Position numbers and translations under genes: made by a program
Notes under the pieces: generated by a model
What the model was told of the DNA's origin: nothing
The model's input: only the letters and a program-made list of their open reading frames with translations
The model's database searches: none
In this document: piece after piece, positions 47,743-57,503 of the stretch
Layout: every line of letters begins with the position of its first letter
Numbering within the stretch: the stretch's first letter is position 1
IMG/VR virus record: IMGVR_UViG_3300028025_000090
Origin: a virus
Length of the DNA: 64,000 nt
Strand: one strand, 5' to 3'

Positions 47743-48177
47743 ATGATCAATGCCAGTGGGGTAATTAAAGTAGAAAGAGATAAACAACGTATCGTCGTTG
47801 AGACTTCTCCTGATATTATTGATTATTATCATTGGTTTATTGAGCGTCATTTTTGGATTCGCCTACAACGTCCTTTACATAATGCTCACATCACTATTAC
47901 GAACCCTAAATTTCATAAAGATGTCAATTGGCAACGTGCTGTTTATTATGATGGAGAACGTGTGAATTTTCAGTATGATCCATGTGTAATACAAGGTGGT
48001 CACACCAAAGGATTCATCATGTTTTATTTAAAAGTTTATTCGGAAGTGCTTGACAATATGAAAAAAGACCTTAATATTGTGGAGAACAATGGCTACCGTG
48101 GACTTCATATTACCCTTGCGAACGGAAAACACGGTAATGTTCATCCGTGGTTGCCTAAAATGATTACAATTAAATAA
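47743..48177 (+). CDS. 2H phosphoesterase superfamily protein
   Basis: Two HxT motifs, AHITI and LHITL, about 75 aa apart in a 144-aa protein. Confidence 0.7.
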   Translation: MINASGVIKVERDKQRIVVETSPDIIDYYHWFIERHFWIRLQRPLHNAHITITNPKFHKDVNWQRAVYYDGERVNFQYDPCVIQGGHTKGFIMFYLKVYSEVLDNMKKDLNIVENNGYRGLHITLANGKHGNVHPWLPKMITIK

Positions 48178-48178
48178 T

Positions 48179-48640
48179 ATGAAACAAGACGAAGAAATCA
48201 AACCCGAAAGAAGACAAAGACTGCGTGGTAAAAATCGTCGTCCAAAGAATGGTGACTTCTCTGATTATGAAGTGCAGTGTATGGTGGCAAACTATTGCCG
48301 CGACATTACAGTTGGGGTGGCAGGTTGGGGTGTTCCCTTCACTGTGTGGGTAGAACTGAAAGGTCTTGCGAAATTCGAGAACGGTTCTCTCTACAAATTA
48401 GAGAAACCTACTTGTGAATGTGAGATGTGCGATGGACGCAGAGCAGCACACGAAGAACTTGAGGAATGTCTTGACGATCTGGAAGTAGATGATAGAGTGA
48501 AAGTAATCAATCCTGATTATACATTATCTTTTGGTGAAGAGGGGTTTATTAGTGAGATCGTTGAGGATGAAATTATGGTTAATTTCACTGGTGGATGGAG
48601 AGGTTGGTTTAATAAAGAAGATGTGAAAAAAATAAAATAA
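48179..48640 (+). CDS. Hypothetical protein with C-terminal KOW/SH3-like barrel
   Basis: LEVDDRVKVI..GEEGFISEI..IMVNF. Confidence 0.55.
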   Translation: MKQDEEIKPERRQRLRGKNRRPKNGDFSDYEVQCMVANYCRDITVGVAGWGVPFTVWVELKGLAKFENGSLYKLEKPTCECEMCDGRRAAHEELEECLDDLEVDDRVKVINPDYTLSFGEEGFISEIVEDEIMVNFTGGWRGWFNKEDVKKIK

Positions 48641-48823
48641 TGATAACAGAAGACCAACAAAAACAAATTGAATCCATCGTCAAAAATCTGATTCCTTGTC
48701 GTGCGCAAGCATATATGTTTGGATCAGAACATAAGATTGTTCACACTAATAACCGCTATTGGGATTTGATGAGCTTTTATCAAGGACAATGGCACTATAT
48801 CGCAACATTAAAATAATAAAAAA

Positions 48824-49063
48824 ATGGAAGAAAAACCACTAACAAAAAAACAATTAGAACAGCTAGGTTTTACTGTAACAGAGAAACAGTTTAAAACAAA
48901 AACAAAAGTAGAAATCGCCTTCGAACCGTGGGGGCATAATCACATTGATACGTTTTATCATTACCCTTCTTTTGGAGAAATTATTGATCGCATCGTCTCA
49001 AATGTGAGACAAGATGAACGTGACAGAATAAAAGCAAAAATAACAAACAATCTATTCCAATAA
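48824..49063 (+). CDS. Hypothetical protein
   Basis: 79-aa ORF. Confidence 0.55.
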   Translation: MEEKPLTKKQLEQLGFTVTEKQFKTKTKVEIAFEPWGHNHIDTFYHYPSFGEIIDRIVSNVRQDERDRIKAKITNNLFQ

Positions 49064-49069
49064 TAAAAT

Positions 49070-49267
49070 ATGTCAAAAAATATATTAATCTACTTATTCG
49101 GAGCTTGGACTGCAAGCTCAATCTGGATGGCTATAACAGGTATTGGCTATAACTCAAATCAAGCACAGGCGATTCCATTTGCAATTTTCAGCTTAGTTGC
49201 TTGGGTTGGCACAATTATTGGTTTAATTTTGGAGACAAAGAAAACTCTTGATAAAGAAGACAAATGA
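49070..49267 (+). CDS. Small membrane protein
   Basis: Two hydrophobic helices. Confidence 0.55.
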   Translation: MSKNILIYLFGAWTASSIWMAITGIGYNSNQAQAIPFAIFSLVAWVGTIIGLILETKKTLDKEDK

Positions 49268-49569
49268 AAAATATGAAAAGAACAAAACAATTTGAATTAA
49301 ACAACAGCAGCATTGCTTATGGCGAGTCAATTGAATCGCTGATTAAAACTCTTGAGAGCCTTAACGAACGAGCAAAGGAGCAAGGAGCAATTAGCACATC
49401 TGTCTATTTTTATCATGGAAGCGATGGGTATATTGATATTACCGCAACTCGATATATGACACCTGAAGAGGCTGCAAAAGCTGAAGCCGACGAAGCAGTC
49501 AAAAACCAAAAACAACTTGATTGGGAGCGCAAACAATACGAAGCTCTTAGAGCAAAATTCGAACCATAA
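49264..49569 (+). CDS. Hypothetical protein
   Basis: C-terminal coiled coil ending ALRAKFE. Confidence 0.6.
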   Translation: MKNMKRTKQFELNNSSIAYGESIESLIKTLESLNERAKEQGAISTSVYFYHGSDGYIDITATRYMTPEEAAKAEADEAVKNQKQLDWERKQYEALRAKFEP

Positions 49570-49576
49570 TAAAAAT

Positions 49577-49897
49577 ATGAATTATAATCACGAAACACAC
49601 GACGAACGTAATCTCTGTGAATACTATCCAGAGGGGTTCGACTGGGAAGACGAAATGACACTAGAATACTTAATCGACGCACTTCAGCAAACGCTAAAGA
49701 ATGCCTATGCTGATGGAATGGAGGTAGAAGACACCAGTTTCAAATGGTTTAGACATGAGGGCTATATGGACATTGATGGTATCTTCCCATATACGGAAGA
49801 GCAAATTGAGGAAAATAGAATCCGAGAACAACAACGTCAGGAATGGAGAAAAGAACATCTTAGACAAGAATTGGAGAAATTAGAAAAAGGAGAATAA
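49577..49897 (+). CDS. Hypothetical protein
   Basis: Start moved from 49517. Confidence 0.55.
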   Translation: MNYNHETHDERNLCEYYPEGFDWEDEMTLEYLIDALQQTLKNAYADGMEVEDTSFKWFRHEGYMDIDGIFPYTEEQIEENRIREQQRQEWRKEHLRQELEKLEKGE

Positions 49898-50003
49898 TAT
49901 GTGGTGCTTTATATCGTTAATCTTTTACTGTCTTTGTTTGCTTGCGGTGATTGCCATGTGCAAAGCTGCAAGTGACGAATATAAACCCAAAAAATAAAAA
50001 AAT

Positions 50004-50507
50004 ATGAAACCGTGGATGCCACAAAATCAAATTGATTTAATACAATCGTATTTAAAACCAACTGACACAATGTTGGAATATGGAGCAGGAGGATCTACTT
50101 TATATTTTTCTCAATATGTGGAAAAATATGTTAGTATTGAACATGATATAAATTGGATTGATAAAATACGTGAGAATAAAATGCCTGATAATGTTGAATT
50201 ACATTATTGCGCTCCAAATAATAAAATTCAATTACCAACTTGGGAAGGAAATCCTGAAGATTTTCAAAATTATATTTCTTTTATTGATACTTTAACTTAC
50301 AAAAATTATGATAAGGTTTTTATTGATGGTAGAGTTCGGGTTAAATGTAGCGTGAAAGTATTGGATTATTTAAATACTGATTCACTCGTATTCGTTCATG
50401 ACTTCTTTGAAAGAGATAGGTATCATAAAATACTCGAATATTATAAAATTATTGATCAAGATAGAAACACTAGACCAAGTTTAGTGATACTTAAAAAACA
50501 TGAATAA
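50004..50507 (+). CDS. Class I SAM-dependent methyltransferase-like protein
   Basis: LEYGAGGST, VSIEHD, FIDGRVRVKC, FVHDF; paralog of 34112. Confidence 0.7.
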   Translation: MKPWMPQNQIDLIQSYLKPTDTMLEYGAGGSTLYFSQYVEKYVSIEHDINWIDKIRENKMPDNVELHYCAPNNKIQLPTWEGNPEDFQNYISFIDTLTYKNYDKVFIDGRVRVKCSVKVLDYLNTDSLVFVHDFFERDRYHKILEYYKIIDQDRNTRPSLVILKKHE

Positions 50508-50823
50508 AAATATGGAAGAAGAACCAGAATACGAATACTATGTTGTGGAGGTGGAGAAAAAATCTTACTCTGAAATCTATATCAAAGTCCCAAAAGGAGA
50601 ACAGATTACATGGAGAGATAAGAAATTGATTTCCGAAGCAGCAGTGGAAACGCTTGAAGACTGTGATTGGGACGACTGTGGGGATTTGGAAACCAATTCT
50701 ATTCGGAAAACATCTGAAAAAACCGCTAAGTTCTACGAAGTCTATGATGCAACAGAATACTTTCCAGTAAGACCAAAACCTGAAGACCCAAATCAAATGA
50801 CACTTGACTTTTTAAAAAACTAG
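50500..50823 (+). CDS. Hypothetical protein
   Basis: 107-aa ORF. Confidence 0.55.
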   Translation: MNKNMEEEPEYEYYVVEVEKKSYSEIYIKVPKGEQITWRDKKLISEAAVETLEDCDWDDCGDLETNSIRKTSEKTAKFYEVYDATEYFPVRPKPEDPNQMTLDFLKN

Positions 50824-50855
50824 AATACAATAACCACCACAACGAAAATAATATT

Positions 50856-51209
50856 ATGGGATTAGATATGGGTTTATATTCCGCAAAGCGGAAAAATGAT
50901 GAAATTGCTTATTGGAGAAAATTCAACGCACTACATCAGTGGTTTGTTGAAAATTTGGAAGGAGTTGATAATTGCGAATACTCCCCAGTATCCAAAGAAA
51001 AATTGGAAGAATTGGTGAAAACGTTGGAAGAATTACAAACAACCAAAAACACAGAACTTCTACCAACTCAAAGTGGCTTTTTCTTCGGTTCAACGGAGTA
51101 TGATGAATGGTATTGGGAAAACGTTGATAGAACTATCTCCACTCTAAAAGGGATTCTTGGAGACTTTGATTTTGAAAACGATCAATTACTTTACAGCGCA
51201 AATTGGTAA
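50856..51209 (+). CDS. Conserved-looking phage hypothetical protein
   Basis: MGLDM..AYWRKFNALHQWF..LPTQSGFFFGSTEYDEWY. Confidence 0.75.
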   Translation: MGLDMGLYSAKRKNDEIAYWRKFNALHQWFVENLEGVDNCEYSPVSKEKLEELVKTLEELQTTKNTELLPTQSGFFFGSTEYDEWYWENVDRTISTLKGILGDFDFENDQLLYSANW

Positions 51210-51231
51210 AAATAAAAAACTAGAATACACT

Positions 51232-51501
51232 ATGCAGACAATGTTAATTAATTATATCAGAAATGAAAATCGGAAACCACACGGAGTCGTTGTGGCATTC
51301 AAACAAGACGGAAATATTCATTATGGATACTCTCTCCATAATCCTATTGACAAATGGGATCGTGAGCTTGGTATCAAAATTGCTGTGGCTCGTGCCAATG
51401 CGAATGAATTTCAATTGCCTAAAGTTGATAATCGCCTTAAATCGGTGAGTGAAGCAATTGAACATATGAAAACCCGCGCTAACAAATACTTCAAACAATA
51501 A
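51232..51501 (+). CDS. Conserved-looking phage hypothetical protein
   Basis: PHGVVVA..YGYSLHNPIDKWDRELGIKIA; start after the promoter motif (51232 or 51241). Confidence 0.65.
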   Translation: MQTMLINYIRNENRKPHGVVVAFKQDGNIHYGYSLHNPIDKWDRELGIKIAVARANANEFQLPKVDNRLKSVSEAIEHMKTRANKYFKQ

Positions 51502-51504
51502 TAT

Positions 51505-51699
51505 ATGAGTAATAATAGCAATAATAGTAATGGTGGAATTGGATTTACTGGTCTTTTGACCGTGGCATTTGTAGTTCTGAAATTGTGTGGAGTAATTGCG
51601 TGGTCATGGTGGTGGGTTCTTTCCCCTATCTGGATTACCATTTTGTTAATAATCGCTATTGTGGTATTGGCAGTCATCGTAAAATTATTTTGTGAATGA
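51505..51699 (+). CDS. Small phage membrane protein
   Basis: GGIGFTGLLTVAFVVLKLCGVIAWSWWWVLSPIW. Confidence 0.75.
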   Translation: MSNNSNNSNGGIGFTGLLTVAFVVLKLCGVIAWSWWWVLSPIWITILLIIAIVVLAVIVKLFCE

Positions 51700-52016
51700 T
51701 GATTCCTGAAAAAACATTACCTATTCATGAACTCAAGTATTATCACAATGATAATCTTGGGTTTGTGTTCATCGGTGCTTCAAAATCCTCTGATGATGCC
51801 ATTCAAAGATTAGCACAATTTTTGGTGGATGTTGGAGTATCGAAAGAATTACCAGAATTTTATCAACGTGTTAAATCAAATGCAGTGGCATTTGTATATG
51901 GAGGTAATTCTGGATTTCAAAGTGGTGAGTTCTATCGCTCTGCCAATCGAATTAATCTGATGGGTATGTTTAAAATTGAAACATTGGGAGTATACTTAGA
52001 TGGACTACAAGCTTAA
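51696..52016 (+). CDS. Hypothetical protein
   Basis: ATGA-coupled ORF. Confidence 0.55.
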   Translation: MMIPEKTLPIHELKYYHNDNLGFVFIGASKSSDDAIQRLAQFLVDVGVSKELPEFYQRVKSNAVAFVYGGNSGFQSGEFYRSANRINLMGMFKIETLGVYLDGLQA

Positions 52017-52245
52017 TATGTTACCAATGGAATTAGGAGGGACTGCTATTCTTGATTACGATCCTGAATATCATCATCTCATGGAAGAAACCTTAGTGCT
52101 TTGTGGTCGAGAGGATATTATTTTATGCTCTCGATCATATACAGATGAAGAGAAATATTCCATGCACCTAATTAGCGAAAATTATGACTTGACAGATTGG
52201 TGGGATGCCACTAAGATAATCAGTGAAAAGTATGCAAACAAATGA
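52000..52245 (+). CDS. Hypothetical protein
   Basis: 81-aa ORF. Confidence 0.5.
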   Translation: MDYKLNMLPMELGGTAILDYDPEYHHLMEETLVLCGREDIILCSRSYTDEEKYSMHLISENYDLTDWWDATKIISEKYANK

Positions 52246-52666
52246 TATTACAATACCTCTGGAACTTTTTGATGGTAGATTCTCTCTTGAAGAAATCGCC
52301 ACAATAAGTATGATCTTTGCCTCTCCAAATCTCTCTTTAAAAACTAGAGAACAATGGGGAGGTAATCTGAAGTGTAATGAAATCACTGACAAATTAGTGA
52401 AAGATGGTATCATTAAATTTCATGATGATAAAATAGAAATCGACATAACGAGAAAACAAGAACCTATGAACATCCATAAACAAATTGAAAACATTCTTGG
52501 TAAATATCAAATCAACCAAGAAGACCGAAATGACATCACTGACTTGCTGGAAACCATTGGACATGAATCCTTTGGTTCTGGTTACGAGAAAGGTTACGAT
52601 GATGGTAGAATTGACTTCAATGAACCATCGTTCACATCTTATGGTAAAGAAGAGGATTACGTTTAA
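52223..52666 (+). CDS. Hypothetical protein
   Basis: 147-aa ORF; GYEKGYDDG motif. Confidence 0.55.
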   Translation: MKSMQTNDITIPLELFDGRFSLEEIATISMIFASPNLSLKTREQWGGNLKCNEITDKLVKDGIIKFHDDKIEIDITRKQEPMNIHKQIENILGKYQINQEDRNDITDLLETIGHESFGSGYEKGYDDGRIDFNEPSFTSYGKEEDYV

Positions 52667-52687
52667 AAACTAGAATATACTCCTGTT

Positions 52688-52879
52688 ATGAAAGCAAGCT
52701 ATCGAAAAATTAAAAACGGATTCTACCCTGTCATCATTTTTAATGACAAGTCAAGAATGACACATAAAGTATTGTGCTGCAATAAAGAATTGGCTACCAA
52801 TTTGGCACAGAACGTTATTATAGGAATTGAAAAATATCAAAAAAATGAAAAAGGAGAAGAAAAAAAAGAATACGTTTAA
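52688..52879 (+). CDS. Hypothetical protein
   Basis: ATG 6 nt after the promoter motif. Confidence 0.6.
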   Translation: MKASYRKIKNGFYPVIIFNDKSRMTHKVLCCNKELATNLAQNVIIGIEKYQKNEKGEEKKEYV

Positions 52880-53025
52880 GATGTGGCTTGACGGTCCTGA
52901 TATCGTATTACCTGATGGCTATCATTGGAATATGGAGTCAGGAGAAGTAATTGCCAACGATGGATCATGGCGCGGTGGTCTGGTCGATTTTTATAATAAA
53001 CAAAAAGATGAATTAAACTAACACT

Positions 53026-53478
53026 ATGAACAACAATCAGTTAATTAACGGCGTTGCTTTGTTTGATAAGCAAGTTATCAAAAAGAAATGTCTCAAGGTT
53101 AAAGCTACTCTCAAAAAGGTGAGAGCGGCAAAATTAGAAAAGTTTTATGCTAAGCAAAAAGAGAAAGCTGATACGATTCGAGAGAAGTATCAAAAATCAT
53201 TTTGGTATAGGTTCAAACTGAAACGTGGAAAGATTAAGGATGTGAATCAACTGTCTAACAAGGATGTGATCATGACGTATAAAAAAGACATAAGACATAG
53301 TAACTTCGGTGAATGTTTACGTTTGATTGATTTCGCATTTGGTGACGAAGACATCGCTGCATACAAAAGAGATACTGCGAAATTATGCGATGAGCTAGTA
53401 TCAGTCTGTGACGCATTGAAAGGCGATGAAATTTGGATTTCGTCTCAAGCGTGGAGCAAACTTAACGAAAAAATTTAA
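53026..53478 (+). CDS. Hypothetical protein (tandem paralog A)
   Basis: Shares QKS(F/W)W and C..L...C...IW.....WSK with 53479. Confidence 0.65.
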   Translation: MNNNQLINGVALFDKQVIKKKCLKVKATLKKVRAAKLEKFYAKQKEKADTIREKYQKSFWYRFKLKRGKIKDVNQLSNKDVIMTYKKDIRHSNFGECLRLIDFAFGDEDIAAYKRDTAKLCDELVSVCDALKGDEIWISSQAWSKLNEKI

Positions 53479-53916
53479 ATGAAAATTAAAGGAGCAGCAA
53501 GATTTAATACATCACTTGTGGAGGAAATCTGCAATATACAGATTGACCGTATCGTAGAAATTCGCAAAGAGAAGCTAAAAGCGGCATATGTTGAACAAGA
53601 GAAAGTGGCTGATGAATATCGTGCTTACGGTCAGAAATCATGGTGGCATAAACTCTTTGTTGGTCGTCAGTTGACAGGGTTGGATGATAAATTGGTTATC
53701 CTAAAACACATAGATAATATTGACTCTATTTGTAATTATAAGAAAGTTTGTTATCTGATCGATGTGTGTGAGTTGGATAAAGATGCTAAATCATACGATT
53801 ACGAACTTTACAATTTGTGTAGAGAATTACTTGATACTTGTAGTTCGGGAGTGAAGAACATCTGGCTAACTACAGAAACATGGTCTAAGATCAATAGAGG
53901 TCGATTTAAAAACTAG
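53479..53916 (+). CDS. Hypothetical protein (tandem paralog B)
   Basis: Shares the motifs listed for 53026. Confidence 0.65.
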   Translation: MKIKGAARFNTSLVEEICNIQIDRIVEIRKEKLKAAYVEQEKVADEYRAYGQKSWWHKLFVGRQLTGLDDKLVILKHIDNIDSICNYKKVCYLIDVCELDKDAKSYDYELYNLCRELLDTCSSGVKNIWLTTETWSKINRGRFKN

Positions 53917-53930
53917 AATACACTCACGAC

Positions 53931-54887
53931 ATGCAACTTAACACTTTAGAAACAAAATTCGCCAAATGCTCATCCATTGAAATTCCCGATGCGTTCTACA
54001 ATCGCATGTCAACTGGTAACAATGAGATTGACACTATGTTTGGCACTGAACAATTCAAAGGATTCATGGCAGGTAGTGCCATCACCATCACTGGCACTCC
54101 AGGTGCTGGTAAATCCACTCTTCTCTGTCAGGTGTCACAGATGCTCACCACACAAGGTAAACGTGCTGCAATCGCTTCTGGTGAAGAATCTCATATTCAA
54201 ATCGCCTATGCTTGCAAGCGTCTCGGAGTGACTGATGTGGATGTGGCTCACATCAAGGATGTGGAAGAAATCGCTGCTGCCATGCACTCATATGATTTCA
54301 TGGTCGTGGATAGCTTTCAAGCTCTTCGTTCTAATAAGAATATGAAGAAGAGAGAGTTCAATCAATATGCACAAGACTTGCTCCTTTCCACTGCTAAAGA
54401 GACTGGTTGCGTGTTGGTATTCGTTCTTCACATCACTGTCAGTGGTCTTCCCAAAGGTGGCACTGATGTTATCCATGCTGTCGATGTGAACATGCGTGTA
54501 ACGGTGGATAAAGATGACAATTCCATGCGTCTGATCGATGTTTATAAGAATCGCTTCGGTGAGACTAAGACTCACATGGCTATTATGAATGCCAATGGTT
54601 TTGATTTCAAAGGTCTTTACACTGCTCCTACTGAGGAAGTCAAAGAGAAGAAAGATAAAGAACCTGCTAACGATAAGCGTAAAGAAGAAATTCTTGCAAT
54701 GGATGAACCTCCTCACTTGACATTAGATCGTATCTGTGATAAGCTGAACGTGTCAGGTCAAACCGCTGGTAACATTCTACGTGAGATGGTTGGAGAGGGT
54801 AAGCTTCAGAAGTTCGGTCGTGGTGTGAATGCTGTGTGGAAGATCGCTCAAGAGTGTCAGAAATTACATAAAGAATTGACGAAATGA
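53931..54887 (+). CDS. RadA/Sms-like RecA-fold ATPase with C-terminal winged helix
   Basis: GTPGAGKST, SGEES, VVDSFQ, HAVDV, KNRFG (RadA signature). Confidence 0.8.
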   Translation: MQLNTLETKFAKCSSIEIPDAFYNRMSTGNNEIDTMFGTEQFKGFMAGSAITITGTPGAGKSTLLCQVSQMLTTQGKRAAIASGEESHIQIAYACKRLGVTDVDVAHIKDVEEIAAAMHSYDFMVVDSFQALRSNKNMKKREFNQYAQDLLLSTAKETGCVLVFVLHITVSGLPKGGTDVIHAVDVNMRVTVDKDDNSMRLIDVYKNRFGETKTHMAIMNANGFDFKGLYTAPTEEVKEKKDKEPANDKRKEEILAMDEPPHLTLDRICDKLNVSGQTAGNILREMVGEGKLQKFGRGVNAVWKIAQECQKLHKELTK

Positions 54888-55108
54888 AAAATGAAATTAG
54901 ATTAGGTATGGCGGCATTATCAGATGATGTATTTGCTGGATATCTTTGTAAAGATGGTAGAACTTGGAAACAAGGTAAACATACCGTGACCAGTGACTTC
55001 CTACAAACAATGATTCAGTATGTCGGAGTTAATAAATCCTTAGAAATCAATGTTGGTGGTAAACCAAAATATAAAATTACTGTAAAAGAAATCGAAGAAG
55101 AATTATGA
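54884..55108 (+). CDS. Hypothetical protein
   Basis: ATGA-coupled ORF. Confidence 0.6.
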   Translation: MKNEIRLGMAALSDDVFAGYLCKDGRTWKQGKHTVTSDFLQTMIQYVGVNKSLEINVGGKPKYKITVKEIEEEL

Positions 55109-56505
55109 TTAGTATCTCAAAAAATTGTGATCCCAATTACCTTGCCACGGTGATTGAATGCCCTGAATTGAAACAGCATCCAAACGCCGACCGTCTGGAG
55201 ATTGCTACTGTGTTTGGTGGTGATGTGATCGTTGCCAAAGGACAATATCAAAAAGGCGAACCACTATGCTATTTTCCAGTGGAATCTTGTATCTCACAGA
55301 AGTTCTTAGCATGGGCAAATCTGTTAGATAAAGCAGAATCGAATGCTGATGGTAAGACCAAGGGTTTTTTCAGCATTAAGGGTGATGGATATTCTAGGGT
55401 GAAAGCAGTAAAGCTCCGTGAGATTCCAAGTCAAGGATTCCTTTTCAAAGTATCTAAGCTTGCTGAATACTATGGTGTTAAAGAATCTGTGTTCAAATTG
55501 AGAGAGTCATTTGATACTGTCAATGATGATCTACTGGCGAAGAAATATGTATCAGGAGAACGCAAGAGTGGCAATCAAAACGAATCTAAGAAGCGCATTC
55601 CAAAATGGATTGAAAATACTGTTCGTGTCTTCCCTCTTCCCATTCGTAAGCGTCTATACACTGGTATCAATTACCTCTATGATAAGAACAAGCAAGGTAT
55701 CGGTAGCTTGATTGTGGATGGGCAATGGCACTTTCATGGTTCTACTGAGCAATTAGGTAAGAACATCTTCAAAGTCGATCCTGATAATGATGTTGTGGTA
55801 TCTTGTAAAATGCATGGAACGTCTGCGGTGTATGGTAATGTTCTTTGTAAAAAACCATTCAATATCTTCCGATACATTGGTAATAAAATTGGATTGAATA
55901 TTGAAGACACAGAACATAAATTGGTTTATTCGTCGAGAACTATCTTAAAGAATCGTCGTGATGGTAAATTCACTGATGATGTTTGGGGTGTGATTGCATC
56001 TCGTTTGAATGGTAAGATTCCTAAGAATTATACAATCTATGGTGAGATCGTGGGATACACATCTTCTAACAAGATGGTGCAAAAGAATTACGATTACGGT
56101 GTCAAACAAGGCGAATGCGACTTCTTTGTCTATCGTATGACAGAGAACACTCCTAATGGTATTCGTGAATGCTCTTGGGGTGAAATTGAAGGATTTTGTA
56201 TGGAAGAAGGAATCAAACAAGTTCCTGATTACTACAGAGGTAAAGCGAAAGATATGTTTAATATTTTTTACAAATCCGAATACGATCCTTCGATATGGAG
56301 AGAGAAATTCCTAACAGATTTGAAAGACAAGTATCTTGATAAAACTTGTGAGTTCTGCACTACTGGTGTCGTCAATGAAGGTATTGTTATTCGTAATGAA
56401 AATGATCCCAAGAAGACTGCTTTGAAATACAAGAGTCCAATGTTTTTATTAGGAGAATCTGCTGATAGAGACAAGGGAGAGACTAATATGGAGGAAGAGA
56501 ACTAA
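55105..56505 (+). CDS. RNA ligase, DRB0094/Rnl2-like, with N-terminal OB (tRNA-binding-like) domain
   Basis: HPNADRLEIA N-terminal OB motif; KMHGTS (I), YGEIVG (III), FFVY (IIIa), EGIVI (IV), LKYKS (V). Confidence 0.85.
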   Translation: MISISKNCDPNYLATVIECPELKQHPNADRLEIATVFGGDVIVAKGQYQKGEPLCYFPVESCISQKFLAWANLLDKAESNADGKTKGFFSIKGDGYSRVKAVKLREIPSQGFLFKVSKLAEYYGVKESVFKLRESFDTVNDDLLAKKYVSGERKSGNQNESKKRIPKWIENTVRVFPLPIRKRLYTGINYLYDKNKQGIGSLIVDGQWHFHGSTEQLGKNIFKVDPDNDVVVSCKMHGTSAVYGNVLCKKPFNIFRYIGNKIGLNIEDTEHKLVYSSRTILKNRRDGKFTDDVWGVIASRLNGKIPKNYTIYGEIVGYTSSNKMVQKNYDYGVKQGECDFFVYRMTENTPNGIRECSWGEIEGFCMEEGIKQVPDYYRGKAKDMFNIFYKSEYDPSIWREKFLTDLKDKYLDKTCEFCTTGVVNEGIVIRNENDPKKTALKYKSPMFLLGESADRDKGETNMEEEN

Positions 56506-56506
56506 T

Positions 56507-57085
56507 ATGAAATTACTAATCACTCGTCATGGACAATCAGAGGGGAACATTAACAAGTCAGTCTATTTTAAAATGCCTGATTGGTCTGTTCCTCTAACAG
56601 AAAAGGGTAAAGAGCAAGCAAATAAAGTTGGGGAAGAGATTCGTGCAGAGCTTCTCTCATCAAATGAATTTTTATTGATTCATAGTCCTTATGTGCGAGC
56701 AAAAGAGACAATGAAAATTATCAATACACACTTTCCTCTCTATATTCCATTTTATAAAGAAGAGCATGTCTTGATTCGCGAGCGTGAGTGGGGTAATCTC
56801 CGAAATGAATATGAAGCCTGTAAAAATAGAGAAGAACGCAATCACCTGTTTGACTTCTATCGTCGTCCTGATGGTGGGGAATCATTCGCTGATTGCCATC
56901 AGAGAGCATTCATCTTTCTGAATTGGTTGAAGACTCAAGCGGCTGACACTGCTGACACTGCTGTTATCGTGTCTCATGGTGAATTTATCAAGACAATGCT
57001 GATGATCATTGACAACGTGAGTGTGGAAGACTTCGATAGAATTCCCAATGTTAAGAATTGTGAATTGATCATCCGCGAAATTTAA
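56507..57085 (+). CDS. Histidine phosphatase (phosphoglycerate mutase-like)
   Basis: RHGQSEGN, LTEKG..QA, SPYVRAKET, IREREWG, GGES, VSHG. Confidence 0.9.
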   Translation: MKLLITRHGQSEGNINKSVYFKMPDWSVPLTEKGKEQANKVGEEIRAELLSSNEFLLIHSPYVRAKETMKIINTHFPLYIPFYKEEHVLIREREWGNLRNEYEACKNREERNHLFDFYRRPDGGESFADCHQRAFIFLNWLKTQAADTADTAVIVSHGEFIKTMLMIIDNVSVEDFDRIPNVKNCELIIREI

Positions 57086-57106
57086 AAACTAGAATATACT
57101 GAACAC

Positions 57107-57502
57107 ATGACAAACGAATTGGAAACGAAATTGATTGGATGGCTCGAAACATCCGCACAGGCTATTGGAGACTTTGCTTCGAAAGAAGTGCCTCCTTTCA
57201 TTCACGAATACCTTCACTGGAAATTCTTGGAGTGTTTTTATGCGCCTTGTATGGCACTATTAGGATTTGTCGTATTTGGACTTATTATGCGTAAATGTTG
57301 GAAAAAATATAAAAATGACAATGATCCTGCTCTATCAGAATTATATTTCGGTGGCGCAATTTGTTCTGGTATGTTTTTATTTACTACATTCTTTATCTTT
57401 ATATGTAGTTCACTAAAAAACATACCCACAGCAATACAAATCAAAGTAGCACCAAAAGTATATTTTATGGAGAAAGCAACAGAACTTATTAAAAGTAAAT
57501 AA
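57107..57502 (+). CDS. Membrane protein (paralog of 41191)
   Basis: Shares the motifs listed for 41191. Confidence 0.75.
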   Translation: MTNELETKLIGWLETSAQAIGDFASKEVPPFIHEYLHWKFLECFYAPCMALLGFVVFGLIMRKCWKKYKNDNDPALSELYFGGAICSGMFLFTTFFIFICSSLKNIPTAIQIKVAPKVYFMEKATELIKSK

Positions 57503-57503
57503 T

